Assembly (NCBI GenBank): GCA_050273025.1
Contig: CP158635.1
Location: 23,064,001-23,128,000 of the forward strand
Direction: 5' to 3'
Source: Cenococcum geophilum
Lineage: Eukaryota
DNA: 64,000 bases
Part shown: piece by piece, positions 11,811-24,865 of the stretch
Position numbering within the stretch: position 1 is the first letter of the stretch
How the letters are laid out: each line of letters opens with the position of its first letter
Translations under genes and position numbers: made by a program
Notes under the pieces: model-generated
What the model saw: only the letters and a program-made list of their open reading frames with translations
What the model was told of the DNA's origin: nothing
The model's database searches: none

Positions 11811-13157
11811 AAGAAATGAGCGTGGGGCAACTGTGAGTGTGATTGTCTGGCATTCTTCATCTCACTACAAAAAGACTGAACGGGCTCCTTCAGTGAACTC
11901 AGGCGCACAGGTTACCATAGATGTTCTTGTAATCTCTCCTTACCCTTTCCTTCCCGAGCCTTAATTGGCATGATATCGATGTGTTTCACTTCTTTCTATT
12001 GGCTGGCTGAACAACCGAAGCAAGTATAGGCAGAATAAATAATATTATGCTCACCCGAATCCTAACTTCACCAAATTACGTTCTCATTTTCGGATCTCAA
12101 CACGTTATGTCAGACTAAGCCATAACCAAGCAAAGCTAAGCTGTGGCTTTTAGTTCTGCACTAACCATGAGCAGCCCTGAGAATGATGTTCAGCTGGACA
12201 TGTCCTTCAGTTTTCTCTTCATACAACTCCAGCTTTCTCAGAAAATCCTGCCGAATCGCCTACGTCAACTTTCACCGGAATGTGCTCTTCACAATGGAGC
12301 ATTGACAATCGCCAAAGTCGTCTTGCTAGATTAAAAGAAATATAGTAATGTTGAAGTAGTGGTTAATCCGTCTAAAAAGGCTATAGTACTTCCGACTGGT
12401 GGTCAGAAACTAGGTTTCAATTACGACTAGTATGGACTGAGTGGAATCCTGTGCTCACGCGTCATGGTAGTTCCAAAAGATAAAAAGTGATAGACTATGT
12501 CGCAACGCTTCCATAACCCGTGGCCTAGGGAAGCCGAAGCGGCCACGGAAACCTGGAGCAAGAATATTTAGTACGGAGTCTAGATCTTGGGTGGTTTATC
12601 GTGTTACGCGCACAAACACTACGGTCGATCAGAAGTTGGCTTTATTTCCAAGTCCCACTAAATAGCACCTACTGTACCTAGACTCGCCCGGTCCCAGTCC
12701 GTCCAAGCCGCTTTCAACCTTATTTGCGCCACATACAGTTCTTCACCGCTACCCATCAAAGTTCAAGTGGCTGGCTAATGAGACGGGAGCTCCGCATTTC
12801 TCTTGTATGAAGCGCTACTCTTAGCGATCAATTGTGGCTGACTGAAATAGAAGCAGCTTCAGAGGGATTTTTAACACTAGCCACAAGATCCTTCCTGCAT
12901 CTCCCCATTCATCCATTGTCGTGCGTGTATTTCAGGCGGATAGACATTCCGCAAAAAGGTCACGAACATATTGATAATATTTTGAGCTAGTATCAGAGTA
13001 TGAAAGGGTAAGGTTATACATAAGAGGCTTAACGAGATGGTTACACGTGTGTGGTCTCGATCTACCTCCTACATTGCATAACGTGCTAGTAACATGCTTT
13101 TTGCGCTCCTTAGTAAAAATTCCGAAAGCATAGACTCGAGAGACCGAAGCACGCACC

Positions 13158-13164
13158 TATAAAA
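13158..13164 (+). promoter_or_regulatory. TATA box of the 13266 gene
   Basis: TATAAAA ~110 bp upstream of an ATG in good context (CACCATG), followed by a pyrimidine-rich leader. Confidence 0.5.
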
Positions 13165-13265
13165 GCCGTTCTTCTCAAAATCTTCCAAGGCATTCATCAG
13201 CATCACCCCATCCTTCCTAGATTATCAGTCCAAACCCCTCTGTACTCGTTGTGGAAATCGTCACC

Positions 13266-13744
13266 ATGAACAAGCCTAAATCAGTCACGTAAGCACATAC
13301 CCATAACATGCCGCCGAACTTAAAACTGAGAAGCACTTTAGCGTTCCTCAGCAGGGCCTAGTCATCGCCGAGCAAATCAAGAAAGCTCGAGAATTTTCGA
13401 GTCACTGCGTTCAAGTCAAAGAGGCTTTTTATAGTAGATATGAAGAGGTCAAAACCGCCATGACCGAAGTTGGGCCCGATCATTTACTGGGAACCGCTGC
13501 AGGTGTCATGCTGGTGCCAGGCATGAAGGTCCATGACGCACATACATTAGTCAAAGGGCAATGGGCAGAGTTTATCAAGGAGAGAGATGGCGTTGTGAAA
13601 CTTCTACGGACTAAGTATGACGCGTTTTACAAAAATACCGCGTTGAAGGATGACCTGCCTGCCGATTGGCTGCAGCAGAAGCTCGTGAAGGTGTCGTTCG
13701 ATTTTCAAGAGCTGGAGAAACTACTGGACTACGGGGATAATTGA
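13266..13744 (+). CDS. Small hypothetical protein (~141 aa, 2 exons)
   Basis: ATG at 13266. A GTAAGC...TAG intron (13289-13341) joins in frame to the 13460..13744 ORF. No family recognised. Confidence 0.65.
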
Positions 13745-13807
13745 GCTCAGCGCACGGTTGTCGCGGCACGACGGAGTATTTGTAGGGGCTGTAGGAGTTA
13801 CGAACAC

Positions 13808-16138
13808 TTAGCGAAGTGGTAAAATGGACCAACTCAAGAGGATGCAAAGGCTCGGTCGAGGTTGTTGTGTGAATATCAGAGCATTATATGAAACTCTCTT
13901 CGAATTCCTTTTTAAACATGCGTCTTCCAGTGTAAACTCTCGTTGGCCTCCCAGCCCTTACTAAACATTCCTGAGCCAGGTCCATTAGCATCATGTCACT
14001 GCCTAAGTTCCGATTATCAGTCTAGAATCTCTGAAGACTTTGAAAGTGTGTAAGTACCTGGAAGTGCCATTAAACCAATTCCAACGGGCAGATGCTCCTC
14101 CGTCCCGCTAACCTTAGACTGATATGGTATCTCACTAATCGGGACAATGAGTTCGGGAGCTTCAAGTATGGGACTTAGCATCAACGTGGTCACTCCAGTT
14201 GGGGCAATAAATGGTCTACATATCACTGAATTAGCATTCAAGTTCTTCTTAATATATTTAAAGGAGGCTTACGCCGGAGGCTCATCACGGTACCGCGGAG
14301 AAATATTCTCGATTGGGAGGACGACAAGGATATTTCTTGAATTGGCATTTATGAAATGGGTGAGGAACCAGGCGCGGTAAACAAGCAGGCGGTGAATGGC
14401 TTCATCACGTTCTGTCTTGGTGATATTTCTAGCTGCTTCCCTACAGCTTCGTGAGTAATAGCTTGGTAGGCAATGGAAGCGGACTGACCATTGAGCGCGA
14501 ACTGGAGGGCTAACGTAAGGAGACTTTTGGTGTTTCTCCCAGTAGTCTTCCCGGAACTTGTCGAATGCGTGATAGTCATCGTACCAGAAGGAATTTTTCG
14601 AGGCCTGCACTTGTAAGAAAATGACGGAGTTCATATATAGAATATTTACATCTTTCATGAAATCATCAAGTGACTCAAGTCCTGCTTCCTTTGGTGGTTT
14701 CTTGGCCCATTCAGCAGTGAATGAGACTTCTTGACAGTTTAGTTTCAAGCACGCTTCAAGTTCACTAACGAAAGACCTTGCTAAGCTCTGCTGATTTAGA
14801 TTGATAAAAGCCCAGAAATCCGAAGGCCATATAATCGCCGAAATAGGCTCTACGCTGTTAGTACTCATCCTGTTCCCGTACCAAACAGCAGCGAAGTCTC
14901 TCATCTGCCGCAGATCTCGCCCAAGAAATGTAGGCGTGTCAAACATCCTATATAGCTGTTACATTCTGGTAAAGTAAGCGCATAGATGGACCTACTCAAA
15001 GCTTGAGACCATGCCATCCATTGGAATAACTCCGAAAGTTGGGCGCATCGCAAAGCAACCATTCCAGTGCCCTGGCCGCCTACCACTGCCACTAGCTGCT
15101 TTCATTTAGCACCCGGACTTGAACCGACGCGGGTCTCTCATACTGTCAGATCCAATGGCAATATCGAGCCAGTCATATGCCCCGATTGCTGCTCCACTTC
15201 CACTACTGCTGCCTGCAGGAGACTGATAACCATCAGCTCGAGGGTTCCAAGGAGCTTGATAGTCTATACATTGTGTAGGCTCCTCTGTTGCGGCGAAAGA
15301 TGCGAGCTTCGTAGTCCCGACTAATGTGGCACCGGCATCAACCACTTGTTGGATGCATTTTGCAGTCTTATCACATGGCGGATAGGTGTTGAAATAGGCC
15401 CGGTTGCAAAGAGAAGTTCGTAGGCCTTGAAGATTGAAGTTGCCTTTAACAGCTACACGAAAGCCGGCAAGAGGGGCATCGGAGCTAGTTGTGAATCGGA
15501 GCCGTGAGGGCACCGCTATGCTGAGAGTTTTTTCATGTGCTTCAGTGGAAATGGTAACAAAAGGACTATACTGGTATAAGAAGTTTGAAAGTTGGTCATT
15601 TTAGAGCGGTCCTCTCACTTGTGTATTCCAGGCTTTAGTGTTGCTAGAAATGCTCCGTTCTCGTCAGGGTAGAGTGTCGAAACATCCAAGATTTTATGAT
15701 TCAAGATCACATATGGGCCTGGCACGAGCTGCTTCGAAGCCGTCTTAAGATAGACATTAAACTGCGTACCAAAATGGCGAAGAAATTCTTGGCTGTCTTC
15801 TGTAATCCGCACTTCCTCTTTCGCAGCTCCAACGAATATGATGCCTGTAAGAAATTCTCTTCGAAATACGTCATCCTTGCTGATATAGTCTTCCACAGAA
15901 TTTTGCAACCACTCCTTAGTAATATGCAAGCTTGGTGCGATTCTGAACACCGTGGCAAGGGTGGGCCCTCGATGATTCAGGATGATAGACTCCTAAGAAT
16001 GGTCAGACGTTATGAGTTTCCAAGAAAACAACCTACTCTTACTGGTGCTGAAGATACTAAGTAGGTCGTACCATCCAAGATGAATGCCTGGTCATTATTT
16101 AACCATGTTATTTTGGCTTCACCTGAGCGGTCTTCCAT
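13808..16138 (-). CDS. Amidase-signature family protein (fungal GatA-like amidase), multi-exon
   Basis: VAVKGNF (Lys), SPAGSSSGSGAA (cis-Ser) and spliced GSDTSGSGRRP (nucleophile Ser); PWNPRADGYQ; C-terminal LPVGIGLMA...GSDMML. Confidence 0.88.
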
Positions 16139-16873
16139 TATAGGTTAGCTATTTATTGTGCTCTAAAGTTGGTTTGACCAGGTCATTAAGATCTATTTCC
16201 TGCCCACTTCTGTCAACGGTCAGTCCTCATAGTTCCTGAATAAGGTCTTCCGAAATTTTTTAGCGGGGTCAACACCATGCTGCTATCACGGGTTTCCGTT
16301 TTGGGGATTGCCGAAAATCACGTGGTTCAACGAGTCGGAATATCCTCCCTTGCTTCTAATTTTACAAGGCCTTCAAGCTACTATTATTGAAGGCATACAT
16401 TTCGATCTTTGGTGGGGGTTTTGCTATGCAGAAAGTTTGCTAAGAGCAGAAGCGCATTCAGAAGTTGCTCTTTTAATATGATAGAAGTACGTAGCATCAG
16501 AATCCTTTGATATGCCTATCGGATAAGTATTTATAAATGTATATCTGGCTATGCTAAATCATTCCATGTCGAGCGTTTGCCTTTTTTCCGCATCTAGCGT
16601 TCGTCCTAAGAGATTAGAGTGAGGCTGCCCATCCGGTGACCGGAAGTGGACTAGTCATAACTTTCAGCTGCTTACTACCTGTTCTGCCTGCTGCTGCTGC
16701 GGAGGCAGTGGGGGTACAATCTCACTAGGGCTAGTATGAGCATTTGAAGAGGTAATACAAACAAGTTCAGCCCTTGGATACAGGTGCAGAGTTTGAAAAT
16801 ATTAATTTAAGATTCCAATTATCGCATTTTTATTATAACCCTAATCTTTTATGCAGCAGGCAACAGTGGCCCA

Positions 16874-19800
16874 TTATCTTGACCAGAACACAACAATCTT
16901 GTCGAAATCCGTATCACACAGCTGCTCTGCTGTTCGCTGATCCGCTGGCCTAATTTCCTGGTAAAGTTTCCAGCTTTCATTGAGGGCAGCTTCTGCTTCA
17001 TCCTCCCTCTGCAGTAAGCGGAGAACTTTACTCCTTTTGAATATTGCTCGTGCCTTCTCCGGTTTGAAGACGTAACGATCGCCGTAAGTTTTGAGTGCTT
17101 GATCAAGCAGGGCCCTGTGAAACTTACAGTTAGACGAATTCTCCTTTAGCTGCATGTGAGAATGAAACTTACATTGCGGTGTCGCGTTGGAAGAGCCGTA
17201 TGCAATGGTCGGCCACTTTAATACATGTATCGGCAGTGCGGTGATGATTACTCCCTAAAGTAGTTTTGTAGTGAAGGAGTGCTTTACGATGGAATGATAA
17301 GCTTTCGTCCGTTGCTCCTTGTGATGCTTTGACATTCCCTAATGCATGAAGGAATCTCCCTGTTCTTGATACTGAGTTAATAAAACTGAACCTAGAGTGA
17401 CTAGAAGGGAGGATTTACATGAATGACTCTTTATCTTCTATACCTAAAGCGGCCTGTCGGTGGGAGAGGCCTTCGCTCAGTATTCTAAGAGCCTTCTCGC
17501 ATCGATTTGTAAACCAATATGCGAGCCCAAGGTTCACTACGGGTAGAGATATCCACACTTGTCTGAAGTTATCAACTCGTTGCATAGTGAGGATTGATCG
17601 CCTGAAGCAGTCCTCTCCTTCTTCCCACAGCTCGTTGATCATCTTTGCGGTACCAAGCTGGTTCCAGGAAATACCAAGTCTCCAGTCGGTCCCTTGTGGC
17701 TCGTTGGCAATCTCTTTAAGCATCATTGCATTGAACTGACTATGATACTTCAGGGCATCCTTGGGGCAATTGGTTTCCGTTGCAATACATCCTCGGTTGT
17801 GGCTCAACTCAGCTAGAATAGCATCTACTTGCTTCTCAGAGATTGGACTATTATTCATCGTTTTAATTGTCCACTTCAGCGACTCGCAGATAAACTGCGC
17901 AATGTCGTAGTACACAACAGCCCCGGAAGACACTCCCCTCTCATGTTGATACCTGACACGATTAGAACTTGGCACACATCCGATACCAGGAGACTTACCA
18001 GCCAGCATCTACTAAAAGTTTTGCATATTCATAGTCGCCTTCTACATTCTCTGGATCAGGGGTGAATGGCCTTGCTAGCTCTTTAAGTCTAATAACATGA
18101 GGAAACAAATCCTCACAAGTAGGCCATCTTGATATGCCATGACGCCAGGTGAATGGCTGGTAAGGCCACACGCCAGAAATCAGCCGCACCGTACTGTCGA
18201 AGGTTTCCCTGTATTGTTTGGAACTCATGCGAAGTCGGGAAAGATCTTGCACGAGTCTATGTATGAAAAGCCTATGAGTCCTCGCATTTCCAGTCACGAT
18301 CGAGCACTGGAGTAGCTCAGTCCTTGCTGCGCCGTAGGCTCTTAGCGACTTAGGATAGTCTTCTAAGGTGACATTCTCTGCATAGGCTGTGAGTATGTGT
18401 TCAGATATGCCGTCAGGATCAAGCATGGAGATCACATCCAGAAGTGCTTTTCCGTCTTTGAGAACTTCGAGAGCCCACACCGACGCTAGAGTGTGACCGT
18501 AACTTGACAGTCCACCTCCATTTGATTCTTCAACCCGGAACTTGAACATCTCTTCCCGACTCTCTCTTTCGCTGTATGCCTGTATAAACTCTGGGAACGT
18601 CATGTTTCGTCTGGTGATAAAGCGAGCCATTTGAGTCAAAGCAAGTGGCAAACCTCCTAGTCTCTGAGATATAATTGTGGCGTTTTCACGTTCCCCTGGT
18701 TCTTGTCCTCGATTTGTCATCTTTAACAAAAATCCTGCGCCATCTTCAACGTTGAATGGTTCGAGATTTAAATAAGCAGTCCAAGGCAGGGGGTCGCGGG
18801 TTGTGATGAGAATAGATCCTGACCCACCAAGCGGCCAAAAGACATTCAATATCTCCGACCTGTCAGCACCATCATAAACAAGTAGCCAGGATGCTGTTTC
18901 TTCGTCCTCAGGGCTCGACTTCCTACGGGCTGTTTTGATAGGATTTGCCAACCATCTTTTGACGCGTTCTCGAGTTAACACATGATCCTTTGAGTCGGGC
19001 GAGTCCTTCCCCACTAGCCCTAATGCAATGGCAATACTATTGAAGTCTTGTGCTAGTTTCGAATATTCGTCGGCATGAACGTAGAATACAGCGTCAAAGA
19101 GGGTTTTATTCCTGTTCACAAATTCAATGGCGAGTTGGGATTTGCCCATTCCACCAGGACCACAGATTGCGAAAGTTTTCAATAGTGCATACTCTTCTTC
19201 TAGGCGTCCAGTGCTAATCTGAGGACAAAGGGCTTTCTCTATGGCCTCGAGCTCTTTGGTGCGACCGAAAAAGGCCTTGTTCCGTCCGAATGGGATCAAA
19301 TAGCAGGGAAGAGTTGATCTTCCTAACCTGTAGACGTCGGAATCCGAGGTGTAGAAAGCCTGGAGAAAAGCTTGTAATGTAGGGTCACTGTCATGACCAG
19401 AGTATTCACAGGGAGGCAAGAAGCTCCATTCGTCATGTATATCACCCGGTAAGGCGTTGGTGATTATGCTGTCATCCGCGGCTATTTTAACCGGGACTTC
19501 GTCATCAAATTCGAGAGTTACATCTTCAGCATCGCTACTAGTAGTACTTCCTCTGCGTTTTTGAGATGCGGATAGAGCACTCGATGCGTCGTCCTCACCA
19601 TCGTCTAGCCAGGGAAGAGATCGAACTGCAACAGACTGAAGATGTGCCGCGATATGATTTGCTAGTTGGTCTGAGGTTGTTTTCTTCTTATTCCGCTGTG
19701 CCGCAAAACCTGAAAGTGGAGCTAAACTGCCGCTTTGCTCAAGATTCGACGAAGGGTCAAGGTTACAGAGTGGGCACGTTTCGAATGTCACTGGCGACGG

Positions 19801-21311
19801 TGTCGCATTCAGGTACTTCAGCCTAGAAATTTGAACTTCGGTGAAAGATCCCTGGTGATCCAATCGCATATGAGCCTCAAAATCTTCCTCCTTTTCAAAA
19901 GTTCGGGGCGGATGTTCTTGCGAAGTGCAACGCCACTGGCGAGTATGCTCAAACTCCATGTGAGAGAGCCATGAACTGCGATCAGGGAAGAGGTGATCCG
20001 GGTGGGTGCAATTTGCAAACATACATACGTAAGGTTCAAGGTCTTTGAGTACGTGGTGCCTTTGAAATATTAGCTTCAAGTAAGAATAAACGTTATGACG
20101 TGCCAAACGAACCTCCACCGAGACGGCGCTGCTTCCTTGATCGGTAGGATAATGCAACAGTAGGGGCACTCAAATTCTTTGCTCGACGGGAGTAACCTCG
20201 GCGGGGGCGGTATCTGTACTGTATCTGCATGATTTCCATATGCGTAGATTGCTGTTGATGCCTTTGTAGATGATGCAAGGACAGAATCGGCCCGAAATTT
20301 GTTGCGGGAGAAAGCGGATGCAGACGTGCCAGACAGGACAGTTGTTTCTTCTTTATGATTTAGCGTCTTCTTTGCTACTGGAGAAGATGTATGCTCTGCA
20401 TTAAGAGTTGTTGGGTAAGAAATTTGGCTTGAAGTCCATAGCCGGGCGGTTCTGGCTGCAGCGGGACCTGGACCTTTATTTTCGAGCTTAATCTGGTGCC
20501 TCTGGCGGTAGACAAAACGCCGTCTACGCAATAACATGGCCTTGCTTATTCTATCTCGCAGAGCTGGGTGAGCATCAGGAAAACGGTGCGAGACGAACTC
20601 GCGTGCAAACAATTCGAAGTCGGAACTGATATCATTTCCTTCTTCATCTTTAATAGCGCGGCAATCTGCCTTTGAGTTCTGAGTTGCCAAAGATGGCTTA
20701 CGTATCGCTATAGAAAACCTGAAGAGTTTGTCGACAGTCTGTTCAATAACGCGTAGACGGTCCTGTAATGGGGAGAGAACTTCGGACTTGGTATCAGTGT
20801 CCGACGTGAAATCGGATTCAGAGGCAGAGTAATATGATACAGCCTTGGAAGATGATGCGTAATAATTGGTCTCTAAGCTTTCCTCTATAGAATCTGAGTC
20901 CTTTTCGTACTCTTCCTCATCTTTGCCAGGGTCGTGTGTGCTCTGCTGAAGATATATCGCTGAGTTGCAGCGTTAGGATGCGTCCGCTGATATCTCCTTC
21001 AGGGAGAGGCCCGATGTTACTCCTTTGATAGACTTACCGCGCTGAAGCTGATCCTGCAGCCCTTCTAGGAGCCCTCCGACAAGGACTCTTGGTTGTGGAT
21101 CTTCTCTAAGACGATAATCTAGGGAAGCATGGCCGCTAGCAAAGACCCCAACGTTACGAGCCCATATGTTGAATCGGCCATACTGATCTTCCAAAAGCGG
21201 TAATAATGTGGCCTCGTCAGGTGTTATATCTTGGGAAAAGTTTGAATTAAGGTTGGTGAAAAGAGCCAGAGCAGCCGCAGCCTGTGACACCAACGACAGC
21301 TCCTCCATCAT
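16874..21311 (-). CDS. Fungal NLR-like STAND protein: N-terminal helical (HeLo-like) domain + C2H2-like Zn fingers + NB-ARC + TPR
   Basis: N-terminal RFNIWARNVG...SLDYRLR and LFRFSIAIR; FECPYC, DLEPYVC..C..WLSHMEFEH and CPLC..HIAAH; Walker A GPGGMGKS, Walker B WLLVYDGAD, ILITTR and GLPLAL; TPR-like C-terminal exons. All exons join in frame with GT-AG introns. Confidence 0.88.
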
Positions 21312-21708
21312 ACGCACTTCAGCTTGAATAAAACTTGACTGAACGCAAGATTATGGAGTGGATCTAGAAAGGCTGAGAGGATAAGCAGAAACAAGGAAGC
21401 AGGCACCGGAGTCAAGAACTTTTATCGGTTTCACCGGAGTTCTGAAGATTTAGCTTGATTGGCTGAGGATGACAGGGCTTGCTTGCACAGTCGTGGGGAA
21501 AGGCAGACACTCATCGGGGATTATTGTAAGGCTGCGATGCGGTTTTACGGCGGGGTGGTTAGTAGATAAATATCGAGGCGACCGGAGGGATCAGGCTGAG
21601 CCCCCGGGCCCCCACACTAAGCAACACTTCATATAACGGAGCCTTCTCTCGTAGCAGGAACTGGTAAAGAGAAGTCTACTATTTCCCGTCTTCATACCTC
21701 TCTTAACG

Positions 21709-23615
21709 ATGTCCGGTCTCGAATGTATCGCTTTATTGCTCGGCGTCATTCCAATCCTGGTATCCTGCGCAGAACACTACCGCACGGTTCATAGGCCTAT
21801 CCGTGCCGCCGTGCGCCCAACTGCTGCAGCTCAGAAGCTCGCAGATTTCTTTCAGGACCTGCACGTTGAAGTGTGTTTTCTGGAACTCCATGTGAGAAAT
21901 CTCGCACGAGAACTTCCGCAGCTCTCCAACAGCCAGTTGCAAAGCCTCGGTAACTTTTCGCAGCCGAGTAACTGGGATGACAAGGAAGTATCGGTCGCTC
22001 TAAGAGATAGGCTTGGTGCAACCTACGAACCAATACTAGTTACGATAAAAGCTAGCTTGAAGATTCTCGATGACCTTCTGAGTGGCCAAACTCTTCATAA
22101 CCTGAGAGCTCATAACATTAACGCGGTAAGGCTTCAAAGAGGTGAATTCTCTTATTGGAAAGATCTTACTGATAAGTGCTGGTGTCAAGAATCAACCAAA
22201 TGAGTTCAGTAAACTTAGCGCGCTCCAGCGAAACATCCAGCATGGCGAAAATTCCACAACCCTCCTTCAGAGGATCCAATTCAGCACTCGGGAAGACAAG
22301 CGCACAAGGTTGCTCAGAAGGCTGGAAAGGAACAACGCGAATATGGAGCGGCTTTTGAGCCAAGCGTCACCAGAAGCGCCACAAAGCAGGACAAAGCGGC
22401 GATCTGGAAAAACTGTCCCGAAAAGGCACTTTTGGAAACTTCTACATGCATTGTACGATGCCATGACTCGGCAGCTTTCATGCGGTTGCTCGTCCCATCA
22501 CCAGGGCAGGATCTGTCTCGTAAATAGCTTGTATACCTCACTTAAAAAGTCGCCATCGTCGATAGATCTGGATATGCTTCTGTCGAGAAAGCATGTGGAA
22601 GGTAGCAACCCGAGAAAATGGCAAGAAAGCAGTATTGCTATAGTCCCTGACTCGTGAGTTAAAATTCCGATTCGGCTCAGCCTGAGCTTTACGCTGATGT
22701 TTGGCCACAAGGTTCTCGTCTCAACCCCGTCTGTGCGTTAGATTTGCAGATGGAATTGTTCCTCGACCCAGAGTCGATAGTTTTATTGAACCGGCTTCTC
22801 CAGACTCGCAAACGAAAGAAAGGATTGATAACATTTGTGAGCTGCTAGAGTTTGCCCAAGAGAATAATTGCAGTCTGCGCATGCAATATAACGGCGAACA
22901 ATTATGGCAGGTAAATTCTAAGCCGAAACGTCTATGGGGTCTTGAATCAGGACGGGCGGTTTCTCTCGGTGACTTCCTCCGTAACACAGGAAAAATGACA
23001 CTCAAGCAAAAGAGGATCCTTGCCGTCATTCTCGCTCATACAATGCTTCAGTACTGCGGAAGTCCTTGGATGGCCGAGGATTGGAATAAAGAGCATATTA
23101 AATTCTTTCACCAAACGATTGAACGCGATGGAGCTGCTAAGCTGGACCTGGAACGACCCTACTTGTCTAAGGGTTTTGTTACGTCCCGGACTGCGCAAGG
23201 GGGTTCGTCAAAATATGTGCTCCACCCCTGCTCATCTGTGTTAGCACTAGGTATCCTACTATTGGAGATAGAACTAGGTGTGCCGATTGAATCCAAGAGA
23301 GCCGATGCCGACTTAAACGGCGGAAAAGTGAACGCCAATACCGACCTCTTTACTGCCTCCCGCATACTGGAGGAGTCTCATGATAATATGTACAACAGTT
23401 ACTTCAAAATTATTCAAGCATGTATCGACTGCAAATTTCTTGTTAATTTGCAAAGGGCGAGTTTGGGAGATGAAGAGGTTCGCCAGGCAGTATATGATGA
23501 AATTGTAGTGCCTCTGGAGGAAGAACTGTACACGGCCTGGGGGATCACTGTTGATCACCTCTCCAATTCGAATACTAAAAGCGCAGAGAATGTTCTAGGG
23601 CCAATAACATTCTAA
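21709..23615 (+). CDS. Protein with HeLo-like N-terminal helix and degenerate kinase-like C-terminal domain (3 exons)
   Basis: N-terminus MSGLECIALLLGVIPILVSCAEHY. C-terminal KRILAVILAHTMLQ..SPW..W..I.FF..PYL and LALGILLLEI..Y..IIQACI resemble a kinase C-lobe but lack HRD/DFG. Confidence 0.7.
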
Positions 23616-24285
23616 AAAGATTAATGTAATTATACTGCTGGTCACTCGCATGTTATGACCGGGATACCCGGGCGGAGGAGTTGGGCATTGACTGTTTGGG
23701 TTTTATCTTTGGGCGTTTTGTATGTTTAGATTGGTTTGAGAGGGCATGCATGCAGCAAACGTGCTTGAGGGTGAGTGGACTGCCTCGAGCACATGAATCA
23801 CATGGCGCCAAGCTTATATAATTAAACCGCTAATCGCCGAAGTCGCGACACCCTCATGTCATTCATTATTATTCTTGTCCAAAAGTAGCACGCGTTGAAT
23901 CATGGTCACATCGTGATGCTCGGGCGCTTTGGTCACCCGCGAGACCCGAGTTGGCGCCCAACACCTTCCGTGATTTGACAACACCTTTTAACCCCTCACC
24001 ATCGAATAGCGTGCCGCAGAGTGACTACTGGATATGCCGCCTTCATCAACGATATACCTCAAAACCACCCGCTGTCACACGACCGATTTTCCATTTGAGT
24101 CCAGTTTATACAAAGAAGAACATTGGTAGTGCTGATTGAACCTCCGCAATTGCTCGTCAATCACATTACTTCCGCTCCCGGAAAAATATTGTGCGAAGGT
24201 TGGGGGCAATCTATCTCCTGCAATTGAATTGTCTTTTGAACGGTTGCTGATGCGCATTCTAGAAGCCACGAAACTTCCTTTCAAT

Positions 24286-24492
24286 ATGGAACAATCCACT
24301 CAGAAGGGAACTGCTAAAAGCCAGCCGTGGAAGGCCATTTGGCCTGCGCCTCGCGAGTCTCAGCCTCAAGCCCAGATATTCGGCTTCAAGAAGGGGGAAG
24401 TAATGGTGTTCGATGGCAATGCGGGAAACTTCTTCGTCCGTGATGGGTGGGTGCTGGAACAAGAGAGCGCAAAGACCTCAAAGTCTACTTAA
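24286..24492 (+). CDS. Possible small hypothetical protein (68 aa)
   Basis: ATG-started, protein-like ORF (IFGFKKGEVMVFDGNAGNFFVRDGWVL) in an otherwise empty interval. No family recognised. Confidence 0.3.
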   Translation: MEQSTQKGTAKSQPWKAIWPAPRESQPQAQIFGFKKGEVMVFDGNAGNFFVRDGWVLEQESAKTSKST

Positions 24493-24865
24493 GACTCATG
24501 ATATTCGAATAGAGAGGCCAATGAAGGATCATAGGATGGAATAGGTTGAGGCTAGCATCTGGTCGCAAGCAAGACTGTGATCGCCTAGCCTCATTTAAAG
24601 GATTTTTTGCATGAAAGCATATGAGCGTCAATAAAGCCTTTTAGCGTACCAACCATTTCATCTTGGCGGCGCGGCGCGGAGTTTCCTTGCTTCTTTTCAA
24701 CCATGTCTAGACATCACCTTATTTGTGGCATTTATGCACTGTCATTGGATACTTCGACATATATAGGATGATAGATCTCTTAGAAAACCTAGTTTGTTAT
24801 ATGGAATTGCGAGAACTAGTTCGAAAGTCTGATACCGCATAAGGGCGCTTTGTATCGCTATAAGC

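Noticed and set aside
20973..23615. Amyloid signalling motif linking the NLR and its partner
   Set aside because: No N/Q/G-rich HRAM, PP or sigma-like pseudo-repeat at the NLR N-terminus or the partner C-terminus.
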